A stretch of DNA of 64,000 nucleotides from Botryllus schlosseri (GCA_051294905.1 CM119371.1:22136001-22200000), one strand, 5' to 3'; shown: positions 1 through 12,873, counted from the stretch's first letter. Numbers and translations: made by a program. The notes: generated from the letters alone by a model not told the origin.

Positions 1-772
1 CGTTACGGCAATACAGGGATTATCGATTTAGAATAAGAAATATTAAATCAATGGAAATAGATGTAGGAAGGCGGATGCTCGAGCTTGGAAACGGGAGGGT
101 AGCAGTCTGCTAATGAGAATACGGCAATGGATGATGTACCCCCAGCTTAAAATGTCCGTGTGATAAATTATAGCATTAGCTCATCACACTGTGCTACAAA
201 AATTTGAGCATCCACATCAAACTGATCTGAACAACAGACCAAGCACTATTAGCATAATATATGTGTTTTATTTAGGGCATGGTATGGTATGGCATGAATG
301 AGAAATATCCCTACTTCATACCTGACTGAATCATTCCATACCATAGCAACATTCTTCCATACTATATTTGATACTTTTTCCATACTTTCCAAGTTGCTCA
401 ATACCTTTCAGATAACATTCTAGTATTGATGTGAGGAAATTTTGGCGCTTATATTCCGAAATACATATCATAAAGGATTGAAATTCGATCCGCGGTATGG
501 TTGCGTTCGATAGAGTTCGTCCAGCAATGAAGTTTATTGGAACATATAAGGTTCCCGTTCGAACTAGTCGAATAAATTCAGAATTTCTGCCACTGAGAAT
601 CAAGTGTTACATCAATATTTGACAACGTAATTCAACACTGTGCACTGCACAAAGCGTAGTATTGATAACAAATATGACACTGACAAGTGACACCGAGGGA
701 ATACAATACGAGTGTGTAAAGATGAAAAGAATTAGTAGCCTACAGCTGACAGCAAACGAGAAAGCGCGCATC

Positions 773-2311
773 CAACATAATTTTCGCAGTATAGTACGTA
801 TCCATGTATAATACGCACCCATACAGTACCTGCAAATTCTGGGTAAAAGCCTGAACCCATGTATAGTACGTACTGTGAATTCGCAGTACACAAATAGCTG
901 TGTTATAGCATACGGTGTTGTTCTGTTTTGCGACATCACTGTTCATGTGTTCAACAATCATTACATAATGATCGTTAATCATTATGCAATTAACGGCATT
1001 GTCTTCAACAAAACGATAGTAGATAGCAGGTAAAGCCTGCGAGGCTGGCGACGCGATAGTTCAGGCCATCGACACGACATCTTGAGCACGAGGCCTATTA
1101 CAGATGCTATTGCTCAGGCCAACGGTTATGTCGTGCGCACCAGGTCTATTGGAGATGCGACTGATTACGCAAGCGATTATATCTTTCGCACATGGCATGT
1201 TGTATATGCGACAGAGTTGGATCAATTACAATAATTCAGTTCAATTACAAATACAATTACAATTACTCAATGCTGAAAATTTCAAATTACAATTAGAATT
1301 ACTGTTAAACATGTAATTAATCACAATTACAATTAAAATTACTGTTAAACATGTAATTATTCACAATTACAATTAAAATTACTGCTGAACATGTAATTGA
1401 CTCGGTAGAGAGGTGTTCTTTGACAACCGTGGCGAAGTAATTAGCAACAATCTCAAGCTATTGATGTTTCATTCATGATACGTAGAATACCCTTTAATTA
1501 CAAAAACTCAAACGTATTCGAACTATTCCTAATCATGAGTACTGAAAACTACAACACAGAAAAATGTTTCAAGCGACTGTTAACAACCAAAAGTTTGAGA
1601 GACTAACAGCGAATAGGCTGCAGAACAGTTAATGAAATGCAATCAAACGATCAGGCTACTCAGACCTGAGTGAGGATAATAAAATGTAATTGGTAAGGCG
1701 TCATCGATCACGATGATACCGATAAGGTGTGTAAAATTGAAATAAATGCAAAAGGAAAGAAACTCCTGATAACTACGAGTTACAACATTTTGGTTCGCAT
1801 ATACATTTTCACTTGCTCGGAAACTGGTAGATTGCTTTTGATGAAGATTAGGGTGCGAAAAGTTCAATAACAATTACAATTACATGAAAAAATGTAATTC
1901 ATTACATTCAGCTCAATTACAAATTACAATTGATCCAACTCTGATATGCGATTGATAAGGCCTGTCGTTGATGTGATGAATTAGCGAGGATTGCCGCCCG
2001 CATGTGCAGCTATCAACGATCCAATTTTGCTCACGTACAAACGGCAAACCAACTCAGCAGGAGATCGTGTGCTGTGCTGACGACTCTGGTTAATTGGCAA
2101 CACGCTTCTCGCTAATTGGTAGCGCGTTATACTGAGAATACGGATTACTGGGCGTTATGGATGAAAGTGATGCGCAATTGAAACAAACATGAAAAAAGGT
2201 GTGATTCTAAGTTTTTACCGAGCGAGATTTTTTCAAGGCATGTTGTTCCCATGTATAATATGCAACCCCCATTTTAGATCAAAAAATCGCATTATACATG
2301 GAAAATTACGG
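773..2311 (+). mobile_element. Tc2/pogo-like non-autonomous element (family A, copy 1), interrupted by a hAT MITE
   Basis: Right end GGAAAATTACGG|TA at 2300-2313. Left end is degraded (CAACATAATTTTCGCAGTATAGTACG). The body aligns with copies at 10744, 16855, 20005 and 28792. CCGTA termini with TA flanks are typical of TcMar-Tc2/pogo. Confidence 0.8.
1212..1943. mobile_element. hAT-type MITE with AATTAC subterminal repeats
   Basis: Perfect 16-bp TIR CAGAGTTGGATCAATT. Perfect 8-bp TSD ATATGCGA (1204-1211, 1944-1951). Other family A copies show the uninterrupted site. Confidence 0.93.
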
Positions 2312-2765
2312 TAATCAGTAATCTCTCAACTTGTGTACAGCGCAATGGAGTTCCAAGTCTGACATCGCAACAATTGTTTGCTCATTATAACGACGTTTGA
2401 GATGCATTGTCACATTTCCCGATAATAAACGAATATTAGCGCAAGTAAAATTCAATTAAAAGAAAGAGAACGTGAATTTGCTTGTGTGGTCGAGAGAGAT
2501 GATGGCTCTCAGCACAAGCGTGTCGAAATTGACGTCGTAAACGAGGTTGCTTCGATTATCTGATTACTAACCAAGGATTACAATTTATTGGGGCGTTTTA
2601 AGCATTAGTTCGCCGCCTGTGAAGCTGTGTATCAATTATTCGAGCGCGTATCAGTTAATGGTGAATAGACGGCATTTACGCGATATCACAGACTCGCTAA
2701 TTGGCAGCGCTGATAATTTGAGATCGAAGACGTCGGGCGTTTAAACTAATTGGGTGGGGTAACCG

Positions 2766-4090
2766 CAGGCGCGTATCCAGAGCGCGAAAAAAAAGGGGGG
2801 GTTTGCGTTACGAAATTGGCTATTATGACGTCATCATTACGATCACTCGTCTCCACGCCATGGCGAATATTTAATATATTATAGTTTAATGATAGACAGA
2901 GATTTGCGGTGAGTGGGAGATGTACGAATACGATACGGACATTGCCTGAAAATCATGTTTCTTTTACGGTATGATTGAAAGAAATTCGTAAAGGCTCACA
3001 TTTAGTCATGAGCCGGCAAACGCCGCCCGTCTTCAAGCGCCTAGTTCCGGTCAGAGATGCGCGATTTTGTTGGGTTTTGACGATATTATGCGCACGGTCG
3101 GTAGTGTCGCAGCGGACGAACAAGCGCGCAATAGGGCGGTAGCATAAACGAGGGCGATCACGATCGCCACAGAGAGGTGTGGTGTGAACAGTGTACGTCG
3201 TACACGAATGTGTGCTTTTCGATGGCTTTACTAGCCATACGGCTGAGCGTGTAGTACGCGCGAAGATAATTAGACCTTAATTGCAAGCACGCAGGTCAGT
3301 CAACTAATACAGAGTACACACTGGGATAATAACTTGATCGACAGAGAAACTTGTCAGCCGATATAATTAGGTAAACTTTACTACTAGGCCTACTCAATTC
3401 TCCCGTTCAGCGACAACATTGGCCTGTATTTGGACGACAGCAAGCCACCTAACAATCGGGAACGTGGATTGCTAGGCTTGTATTTTGAAATGTGAATGTC
3501 AATCCTAGGCCATTTCTCGTCAATAATCGCGAATACAATGTGGATTTGAGAATAGCATTGTCGTACTGGTGCCGTCGTGTCTGCGTCTCGCTGATCAATC
3601 AACACGCCGCGTGCAATCCTTAATTAGGATTTCAGGGCGAGCAGGTGCAGCGAATTCGCGAGCGATTGTTGATTGCCGACAACTTCGTCTTTGCAATTAC
3701 GTATCGCGTCGGCCAATTAGATTAGATTTTCCTAAAATGCGTCTCTCGTTTTAGCAAGGCGAGAGAGAAATCGAGGGAAGAAAGTTGAGAACGTCAGCAA
3801 TTGCCACAGCTGAAATGTAGCTGAACAAGCGCAGAATTCGTACGGAATTAGCGAATTATAATGACCTATTTTATCCTTTTGACTAATACGGCGCATAATT
3901 CCAATCTTTTGTAGGGGTGTTAGTCCCCTTAAATAACATTAAGACGCCACATTCGCCTTCTCATACGTAAAAACGAATAAGTTAAACTAATAATTAGACA
4001 ATATTAGAGGCTATATTTGACATCAATTTTTAGTATTTTGAAAAGGGGGGGGTTCCGACCCCCTAAAAACCCCCCCTGGATACGCCACTG
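2766..4090. mobile_element. hAT (Tip100-like) non-autonomous element (family E)
   Basis: TIR CAGGCGCGTATCCAG / CAGTGGCGTATCCAG. 8-bp TSD GGTAACCG / GGTAGCCG (1 mismatch). G- and C-run subtermini. Confidence 0.85.
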
Positions 4091-5741
4091 GGTAGCCGCC
4101 AGCCCATAAATGTGTCATGGGGTGGCGGTGGCTGCGCCACTATAGGACTCGGCACCTATTATTGCAACACAGAATTCTGGGGCATAAACTCTGCTTTTGA
4201 ACTGGAACATTCCATATTACAATAAATTGATCACCGTCATATGGACGAGTAACGCTTTTGAATCATCGTACCGTTTTAAGATTCCATTCAATGACTTGGC
4301 TGTATGGTCTGACGTTATTGAGTGCAGGGGCGATATTAAAACATCACCCGGGTGGTCATGCTGTACCTACACCAGCAGCATCATACGTCCTAATACGACT
4401 ACGACGTCACCAATAAGGCACAGTGACAACCATTGCAAAATCTATGTGCCCCGCAACTTTGTAAGCGCATGATGATTTCAAAAACAATGAATTGTATTTC
4501 TGACTCAACCATTGATAGACATAGAAGTATCCATTATGCTCCATCCTAATGTCAGATTGCCACAGCAAATCAGTGGCCATCCGCCCAATTTTCAGCACAA
4601 TTATTCATCACAAGTTGCATGCAGGATACCATTTCCAAACTAATCATGGTGGCTAGAGACCGACACTGGTTTTGCTCTACAGCTGCTGAGATTTTAGAAA
4701 AACAACCGTCACGAATCAAACCATTGGCCTAAATCTCTGGTTTGCGAAGTCTGAGATGGAAGCACTGACCAAAAGTGGTTGTTTATGCAGCCTGCAGCTA
4801 TAATCCAATTCTTGCAAATGGTGTATAGCTTCTGTAGCTCTGGTTGGTTCATTTGACATAACGATACACATATAGATCATTATTCATATCACGATTTACC
4901 TCAGTTTGCCTTGTTAGTAAACAGGATGCATGATTTCGTCACAACAACTCCAAGGGTTCACCAAACCGAATAAGGATGAAGACCACTGTGTGGAGCAGTT
5001 TTGTAGCACTACGATTTACAAGTAATCTGAACGAAACAACATCTTATTAAGGAACGAAATTGTTGACAAAATGCAGCGAGTGTGTGACAGAAATGCACAC
5101 ATTCTTATTAGTAGATTACATAATAGATTTCAACGCGAAACAGAATGAAAATGGTATGTGCAGTCTGCTTGTCATACCAGTGGATGAAGATCAACAATGT
5201 GACCAGCTTCCAAGGGCCTTTCCAAAATTTTTGGCGATCGTTCATCACTCGTCATCGACTCAGTACTCTGATACAGAAATTTTTACATCTGCCCGTAACT
5301 GACCTCGTTGCAGAGTACCAGCTATCAATGACAGAAGCTCACGCTAACAACTAACACAACGAATGTTACCGTTACCACAAAAACACCAACACAAATAAAC
5401 AAGCGCAAATTCTTCAGGAGGAATTCATGGAAACGTACAAGAGGGATACTGACGTGGGGGACACAGAAAATCACCCTTCCACCCCACAGCATGAGTTACA
5501 CAGCCACAAACATGATGTCACAAAAAATTGTTCTAATACATTTACACTGTGGTGTACAGTGTACAGGTTTGGTTTCAATACTAAAGCAAAGGGGTATGGG
5601 ACCAGGGTGATCTTAATTGCCGATCCAAACCAATAACAGCATATATCTATATGGTATAAATGTGTCTGACATGTATGTTTCAGCAATAAACGATCCACGC
5701 ATAAGGACACACACAGTTCACTAGCTGACCACACGAAGTAT

Positions 5742-6356
5742 TTAAACACATCCATGGAGACATAGGAAATATTTGCCATGCACACACTTTGCCGGAAAAC
5801 GGGTATTTTCGCCAGCATGTTCTTTGGAGGGTAAATGATTCCGTTCAGTTTTAGGATACTTCTGATGTGAATTCTCGTGTCTCTTCAATGTATCCATGCG
5901 AGTATATTCTTTTCCACAAGTCGTACATGCATACTTTTTGCTGCCACTGTGAATATGCATGTGTCTTGCTAAGTGTGCCTTTAAACTAAATGACTTTGAA
6001 CACATCTCGCATTCATAATTTTTGTCTCCACTATGTGTAGTCATATGGATTTTCAATTGGCTTGGCTGTGCAAACGCTTTGCCACAGGTGTAACACTCGT
6101 TGTTTTTCACTCCAGCATGTGTGTCACTATGAATGCTCAATGCGCGCTTTCGGTGGAATGCTTTTCCACAGATCTTGCATTTGAATTCTTTGACTCGATC
6201 ATGAATATCCATATGCTCTTTTAAATGTTCATTTCGAGCGAAGGTCTTCCCACACGAATCGCATCGAAATGTTCTCACCCCGTCATGTGTTTTCGTATGC
6301 CTTTCCAAGTTGTACTTACGAGTAAAAGACTTGTCACAGAGCTGACACGCATACAT
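5742..6356 (-). CDS. C2H2 zinc-finger protein, 6 tandem fingers (204 aa)
   Basis: Six CxxC-x12-HxxxH units in the ORF. In-frame TGA three codons upstream of the ATG. Candidate splice acceptor TTGCTTTTTTTAG| at about 6474 on the minus strand, so upstream UTR exons may exist. Confidence 0.88.
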   Translation of the reverse strand: MYACQLCDKSFTRKYNLERHTKTHDGVRTFRCDSCGKTFARNEHLKEHMDIHDRVKEFKCKICGKAFHRKRALSIHSDTHAGVKNNECYTCGKAFAQPSQLKIHMTTHSGDKNYECEMCSKSFSLKAHLARHMHIHSGSKKYACTTCGKEYTRMDTLKRHENSHQKYPKTERNHLPSKEHAGENTRFPAKCVHGKYFLCLHGCV

Positions 6357-6801
6357 GATTCTTCAACGACTTCACGTAAAACCGTCTTCTGTTTCTACTT
6401 CAATAGTTCTCGGCTTGAAAGTCTAGACAGTGTACTGCCCCAATCTATGTAAAATCTTCCGTATAAGCATCAACTAAAAAAAGCAAGTAAGAGTGCATGT
6501 TATGCCTGGAAGCTTTTATCAGGATCTCAAATTCATAATCGAAACCGAAACAAGGTTTATAATATCATACGTATGCACAAGAAAGAAATACAAGGAGCAA
6601 AATGTTACAATCCTCACTGTTCTGTGATGGCAAACCTAGTTGACATTCTGAATCTGTTTCTGAATTCAATAAGCCGCCAGCTACAGCAACACAGTACATA
6701 ATATGCGGAGGAAACTGATTGTTCCCATTCCTGATGGACAAAAATTTGTCTCCATGCTGTAACAGATTCCAAATGTGAGAGCGTTTTGAGTGGACCGCGA
6801 G

Positions 6802-6952
6802 CATAGGCGTTGAACTCAGGTATGCCGCGAATACCTAGAAATATTTTTACGTTTGCGGCATACCCAGAATTCGGTTAGGTGGGTGGTGAAGTGATCAATT
6901 TAGGAATGAGCAATGTATTTCATGGTGATGCTGAACACGTAAGCAAATCAGC
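6802..6952 (-). mobile_element. One-ended fragment of the CATAGGCG hAT-like family D
   Basis: CATAGGCGTTGAACTCAGGTATGC... matches the reverse complement of the right end of 14085-15781. Confidence 0.75.
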
Positions 6953-7560
6953 TGTTGGATAATCCCGCTTGTGCGCAAAATTATCGAGACGACAGATTTT
7001 GCATACTCGGAAAGGGTCGCTCACACTTTCATTTGTAAGCCTTGGAGTCGACTTTTATCAAAATACACCAACCAAGGCTGTGTCAACAAAAATAGTTCCT
7101 GTATCATCTAAAAATAGTACATTGAACGCTCTCGTATTCGACATTTCGTGCTGGTGACGTCATATTTTGTGTTACGATTGTTGTTATATTGCAATAGCGG
7201 ATAAGTGTAACATTTTACAAAGTCTAAGCAATACAAGAATAACAAAGATATGAAAAGAGGAATAAGATGAGCTGCATAAGCTGCAATAGAACAAAAAACA
7301 TAAAACGCTTGCAAAACGCCCCGCACCATCGTTCCGGCCCGTCTAATGAGATTGAAATGGCAAATACGGTTAAGCACATCAATGAAGCACCGATACAGGA
7401 GATTAAATACGAATCAAAACACAAGAATAAAGAGCATAAAGAGCAGCCACCTTGGCATTAAAGGTCACATCACCTGCAATAACACCAACAGCAAATGACA
7501 TAAAATAAACTCATGCCTAAACAATCAAACGCCACTAACATGAAATAGTACATATAGTAA

Positions 7561-7945
7561 CAGGGCTGTGGAGTCGTAGTCGGAGTCTGGGTAATTTTTG
7601 CTTGATGGAGTCGGAGTCGTGAAAACTATAATAGCTGTAGCTGGAGTCGGAGTCGGAGTTGGTGGGAAAATACTGACTGGAGTCGGAGTTTGTGAGAATG
7701 ACCTGACTTCGACTCCGACTCCAACTTCTCTATCATGAAAACATTTGCTTTCAAATGATTTTCAATAGAATTTTTATGTACCACCAATCAGTGTTATTAA
7801 TAACCATACAGATCAGGTGCGGCCAGCCCGTGGCACGCAGGCCAAATTTGGCACACGAGAAGGTTAGGTGTCGGTATAGTGAAAATGTGTGGAGTCGGAG
7901 TCGGAGCTGGAGTCGGTGGTAAAATTTACCGACTCCACAGCCCTG
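7561..7945. mobile_element. hAT (Ac-like) MITE with GGAGTC subterminal repeats
   Basis: Perfect 16-bp TIR CAGGGCTGTGGAGTCG. Flanks TATAGTAA / AATAGTAC (6/8 match). Many GGAGTC hexamers. Confidence 0.88.
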
Positions 7946-8599
7946 AATAGTACTACAAACAGCAATCTAAATCATCGACATCACTCGCCTGCAAACATAT
8001 CGGCAAGTCACTGTTATGAATAGAATAGAACTCCATCCGTTGTCGATACATTTCTAGACAGAGTACATCTGCTGATATTTCAGATTGCGATCATGAGACG
8101 TGGCAGAGTTCATCAGGGACGGAGGTTGATGATTCATACTTGAAGGCAGATTTGGTTAGTTAGCTGACCACACAAAGCTTATAACCGTTACTCACAAGTA
8201 ATTCAAACCAGCCTCTACAAATCGAGGAGCAATATGTCAAGCAGACAAAAAGTGCAAGTCTGTGGCTTGTTTCTTAGGTAATGAATTACAACAATACTGC
8301 TACAATACTACAAAGTTTACAGACACGGTGAAATATCAACATCCAATGAGAAATGGGAATAACATTAGGATTTTTCTTTAACAAGAACGTTTATAATTCA
8401 GAATTGATTGGCACATTATTAGTGCGAAATATAGCATATTAGGCAAGTGCATCAATGTAAGGTTTGCTCAAATCACACCTTATTAGTTTCATACTACGGT
8501 GTGCGTACCTATGAGTCCAGCTAGATGAGTATTTTCCATTGATGAACTTTTCACATGTATCACGTCTCACCACAAGTTGTTCAGATGTACCTATGTGAC

Positions 8600-8948
8600 T
8601 GGATGCTCATGTCCGCGAGTTGCATTTATTGTTTTTGATTACACTGTGCATATTCATGTGCAGTTCATTGCAACATCTTCGTTGAAGGGGTTCTGATAGA
8701 ATTCTCACCGCTGATTTCCGATTCTATCGTGCACTTTCGCATATCTGTTAAACGTACCGTTCCAAGTAAACTTCCATCCGCCGAGCTCACATTCATAGTT
8801 TTTTTCACTGAAGTCTGAATATGGATGTGTGAAGCTGAATTGGCAAACGAATTCCCCCAGATCTCAAATGCGTAGTTTTGAAACCAACATGTCCATCCCA
8901 ATGACTATTCAATATGCAAGAGTAAATGCTTTCCCGCAGATCGTACCC
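8600..8948 (-). pseudogene. Decayed C2H2 fingers downstream of the ZNF stop codon
   Basis: Shifting frames read HEGTICGKAFTLAY, LNSHWDGH, NYAFEIWGNSFANSASHIHIQ, NYECELGGWKFTWNGTFNRYAKVHDRI and LHMNMHSVIKNNKC. These are finger and linker remnants with stops and frameshifts. Confidence 0.75.
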
Positions 8949-10469
8949 TCATGATTTTTTGAAACCACTGTGCGTTATTAGATGTCTTTTCAATGATGAG
9001 ATCAAAGTATAGGATTTTTTACATATCTCACATTTGTGACTTTTGACTCCAGTATGTGTATACATATGTAGTTTCAAGTAGCCGATCTGATTGAAGGCTC
9101 TACCACAGATCTCACATTCCCAATTTCTGATACCACTGTGAATATGAATGTGTCTTGCTAAATGACCCTTTGTAGCGAAGGACTTTCCACACATATCACA
9201 TTCATGTTTTTTCACTCCGGTGTGCCAATTCTCATGTATTTTCAAGTCACTGTTCGCAGTGAACGCTTTCCCACAGATCTCACAGTCATATTTTCTGATT
9301 TCAGTATGTCTATGCCGATGTCCATTCAAGTAAGTAAGGCGACTAAACGCTTTTCCACAGGTCTCGCATCCATATTTCTTAACTGCACTGTGAATATGAA
9401 TGTGAGTAGCTAACGATGCTTTTGTACTTAAGGACTTACCGCAAATCTCACATGCATAGTTTCTGGATCCAATATGTATGTTCCAATGGCATTTCAATGA
9501 GCTGAGACAAGTAAACGCCTTGCCACAGATTATACATTCATGATTTTTTAAACCACTGTGGGTTATTAGATGTGCTTTCAATGAAGAGTTTGCACTAAAG
9601 GCTTTACCACACACCTCACATTTATAGTTTTTGACTCTGTCATGTGTACTCATATGACTTTGTAATTGGCCAATCTGTGTAAACCCTTTACCACAGATCC
9701 CACACTCATAGTTTTTGACTCCAGTGTGAACTCGAATATGATCCTTCAACTTCGTCTTTGAAGCGAAAGACTTTCCACATATTTGACATTCATGGTTCCT
9801 GGAACCAGTGTGGCTGATCAAATGTGCCTTCAATGAATACTTCTCAGTTAAAGTTTTACCACAGATCTCACATTCATAGTTTTCGACTCCAATATGTGTC
9901 TTCCCGTGTCTATGCAAGTTACTAATAGAAGTGAACGCTTTGCCACAGATCTCGCATTCATGATTTTTTAAATCACTGCGGGTCATTCGATGTGCTTTCA
10001 AATTATAGATTGTAGTGAAGGCTTTCCCACACTTCTCACATTCATGGTTCTTACTTCCAATATGTGTATTTCCATGTCTCTTCAAGTGGCTGATGTAAGT
10101 AAACGCTTTGTCACAGATCTCACATGCATACTTCTTGACTCCAATATGTATAGTACTTACATGTCTTTTCAATGTACCATTGTAGTTGAATGATTTTCCA
10201 CAGATCTCACATTCGTGGTATTTTGCTCCAGTGTGAATATGCATGTGTGTTGCTAAATATGCCCTAGCAGCAAATGACTTTCCACACATCTCACATTCAT
10301 GGCTTTTGACTCTGGTATGTCTAAAAACATGTTGATTTACGCCAACAATGGAAGTGAATGGAATGCCACAGATCTCGCATTCGGCTTTTCTCTCGTTAAT
10401 GTGGAATTGCAGGTGAGTTTTCATTCCGCCATGACAATCAAAGCTTTTTCCACAGATCCAACACTTCAT
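8949..10469 (-). CDS. C2H2 zinc-finger protein, 18 tandem fingers (506 aa)
   Basis: Uninterrupted array of about 28-aa units; finger 6 has its last His replaced by Arg. In-frame TAG three codons upstream of the ATG. Candidate acceptor CTCCCATTGCTTTGCAG| at 10595. No KRAB, ZAD, SCAN or BTB domain is visible. Confidence 0.95.
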   Translation of the reverse strand: MKCWICGKSFDCHGGMKTHLQFHINERKAECEICGIPFTSIVGVNQHVFRHTRVKSHECEMCGKSFAARAYLATHMHIHTGAKYHECEICGKSFNYNGTLKRHVSTIHIGVKKYACEICDKAFTYISHLKRHGNTHIGSKNHECEKCGKAFTTIYNLKAHRMTRSDLKNHECEICGKAFTSISNLHRHGKTHIGVENYECEICGKTLTEKYSLKAHLISHTGSRNHECQICGKSFASKTKLKDHIRVHTGVKNYECGICGKGFTQIGQLQSHMSTHDRVKNYKCEVCGKAFSANSSLKAHLITHSGLKNHECIICGKAFTCLSSLKCHWNIHIGSRNYACEICGKSLSTKASLATHIHIHSAVKKYGCETCGKAFSRLTYLNGHRHRHTEIRKYDCEICGKAFTANSDLKIHENWHTGVKKHECDMCGKSFATKGHLARHIHIHSGIRNWECEICGRAFNQIGYLKLHMYTHTGVKSHKCEICKKSYTLISSLKRHLITHSGFKKS

Positions 10470-10743
10470 TTTCGTCTATCTTCCAAGTTATGTGAAAATT
10501 ACTTCTTCAAGCATCACACTTCTTCAACATTATTTCCACATTTGCATTGACAAGTCATTATGCAGTCTTTGAATTGTTATTATAGGTAAGCAATCTGCAA
10601 AGCAATGGGAGGATAATTAAATTTAGAAATGACGGATCAGTTCCGATGATAAACAAAATATATCAATTCTAAAATCCAAATGTGCTATAAATTAATATTA
10701 TTGACGTCGAATTGTCAGCACTGTAATGATCAGTAATCAGATA

Positions 10744-11699
10744 CCATAATTTACCATGTATAATATGCACCCCTAAAGTGGCAAGTAAATTCTGGGACAA
10801 AGCCTGTACTCATGTATAGTACGCACCCTGCATTCGCAGTAAATGAATAGTACATGCGTAAGTGCCATACTACAATTTTCGAACGGCGTATCTTTGATTC
10901 TAGTTAACCGATTTTGATAAAATTTGTATTCTGAAATCAGGAAAGTTTTGTAAGCATGCCAATTTTCAAGAAAATTTGAGACGTTGTGTTACATTTTCCT
11001 TACCACATGACATGGAATGACTCTGATTGTGTTCACCAGAACAGCAATATCTGTTCATCAAACAATTGAAATTGAAGAGCACTGCACTATAATACAGCCA
11101 GGGTTTTAATGGCTCGAGTCATGACTCGACTTGACTCCGACTCGAGTCACAATTTTCTGATGAGTCGACTTGACTCGAGTCATTTTGTCAAAATGCGTAA
11201 ATTACTCGACTCGAGTCAATATGTGTATTGACTGGGCTTGGACCCGAGTCAATTCGAATGATAGTAGATAGCAGCCAAAGTCTGCGAGGCTGGCGACGCG
11301 ATAGTTCACGCTGGCGACACGATAGTTCAGGCTAGCGACATGACATCTTGCCCACGAGGCCTATTACAGATGCGATTGCTCAGGACAACGGTTATGTTGT
11401 GCGCACCAGGCCTGTTGGAGATGCGTCTGATTCCGCAAGCGATTAAATCTTGCGCACAAGGCCTCTTGTGTTATGTATGCGATTGTTAAGGCCTGTCAAT
11501 GACGCGATGAATTGGCAAGGATTGCCGCACGCGCTTGCAGCAATGAAGGACCTAATTTCTCTTGCGTACAAAAGGCAAACTAACTCGGCAGTACATCGCG
11601 TGCTGTGCACACGACTCTCTTTAATTGGCAACACGCTTCTCGCTAATTGGCAGCGCATTGTACTCCATAATACCAATTACTGGGCACGATGGTTGGAAG
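10744..11699 (+). mobile_element. Family A copy 2, disrupted by several insertions, right end missing
   Basis: TA|CCATAATTTACCATGTATAATATGCACCCC left end. Family A body at 10744-10850 and 11261-11699. Unrelated sequence at 10851-11098 and a family B fragment at 11099-11260 intervene. Confidence 0.75.
11099..11260. mobile_element. Fragment of hAT-like family B (GACTCGAGTC repeats)
   Basis: Starts CAGGGTTTTAATGGCTCGAGTC and matches the reverse complement of the 3' end of 51820-52400. Confidence 0.75.
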
Positions 11700-11860
11700 C
11701 AGACTTGGGGTGATTACTTTATTAATGTAATAAATTGCGATTACTTATTAATCACACGATTACGATTACAGCAAAATCTGGAAGCAGTCGATTACGATTA
11801 TGATCACATTTCAAAAGTAATCACGACTACTCACGATTACATTTATTTTTGCTTCTTAGA
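11700..11860. mobile_element. Left end of a hAT-like element with GATTAC repeats (family C)
   Basis: CAGACTTGGGG terminus abruptly breaks family A homology. Dense GATTAC/GTAATC motifs follow and recur at 16786-16852, a possible right subterminus. Confidence 0.6.
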
Positions 11861-12873
11861 ACTTATTTTGAAGACATATTGGAACACAATATAACTTGCT
11901 ATGAAAGGGCCTCGCGAGAACAATTTTGTTCTTAAATGTGACATCATTCGCTTTTTACTTCAATGTATACCATATACTTGAATATTTTCTTCCCGCTTCG
12001 CGATTTCATGTCGCTAGATATCTTGATTTTAATATGCATATCCCTCCACATCATTAAAATAATACGCATAATTTATAGAAATCGACATTTCGATGCCGAC
12101 CACTACCTCTCCACGACACACCAAGACATATGCAGACATATGGCCAAATATGTGCTACCAAAGAAATATCTTGGCCGAAACGTCGATGTATATGTGTCCA
12201 GTGTCCACTGTCCATTGTCCATAGCTGCTCTTAATGGGCGCGACGAATATACCTATCCTAATACATCAGCACCAAAGGACAATGCAATCCGGTGTACTCA
12301 TAGAGGAAAATGATACATCCCGTGAACAAAAGACAATCTGTGTATGCGTCTCACGAAATATGTTTGTCATTTAGGTTAGTCTGCTACATTTGAGCGACTG
12401 CATTCAATTTTGACTATATAGCAGGCGGGAGATTGCCAATTAAACAACATGCAACAAAGTAATACCGTAATATCAATGGGCCCGTCCGAAGATGTTATAA
12501 TGATTGATTACACACCGAATCCATATTGTCTCAAACGTGTATTTTAGTTGTTGTGGCAAGGTCAATCATATAAGGGTTGTGTGAGGGAAATCGTCCCCAT
12601 ACGTTTGATTGATCACCCTACGAGGGCAGCTGTTTCGGTCCAGATTCAGCTACAACGCACGCTAACATGGTGTATATAAGCGAATGGCTATGGCGGCAGA
12701 TTCAAATGTTGAGTAAAGAATTCCGAAATACCGATTGGTGGGTGTTTCAAGTAGGGGCATATGAGAATAAGATGAAGTGAACATAAAATTCTGCAATATT
12801 GCATTATATTTCTCGCAGTTGAACAATGAACAAACGCATTTACGAATGCATATTGTCTACAATCCATTTAACA

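Noticed and set aside
4150..5400. Coding-like composition downstream of the small ZNF
   Set aside because: The frames I read are interrupted and I could not recognise any motif. A decayed gene is possible but unsupported.
7561..7945. GGAGTC, GACTCGAGTC and GGATT arrays as CRISPR- or telomere-like repeats
   Set aside because: They are irregular short motifs confined between TIRs with 8-bp flanking duplications, that is hAT subterminal repeats. There is no repeat-spacer periodicity and no cas gene.
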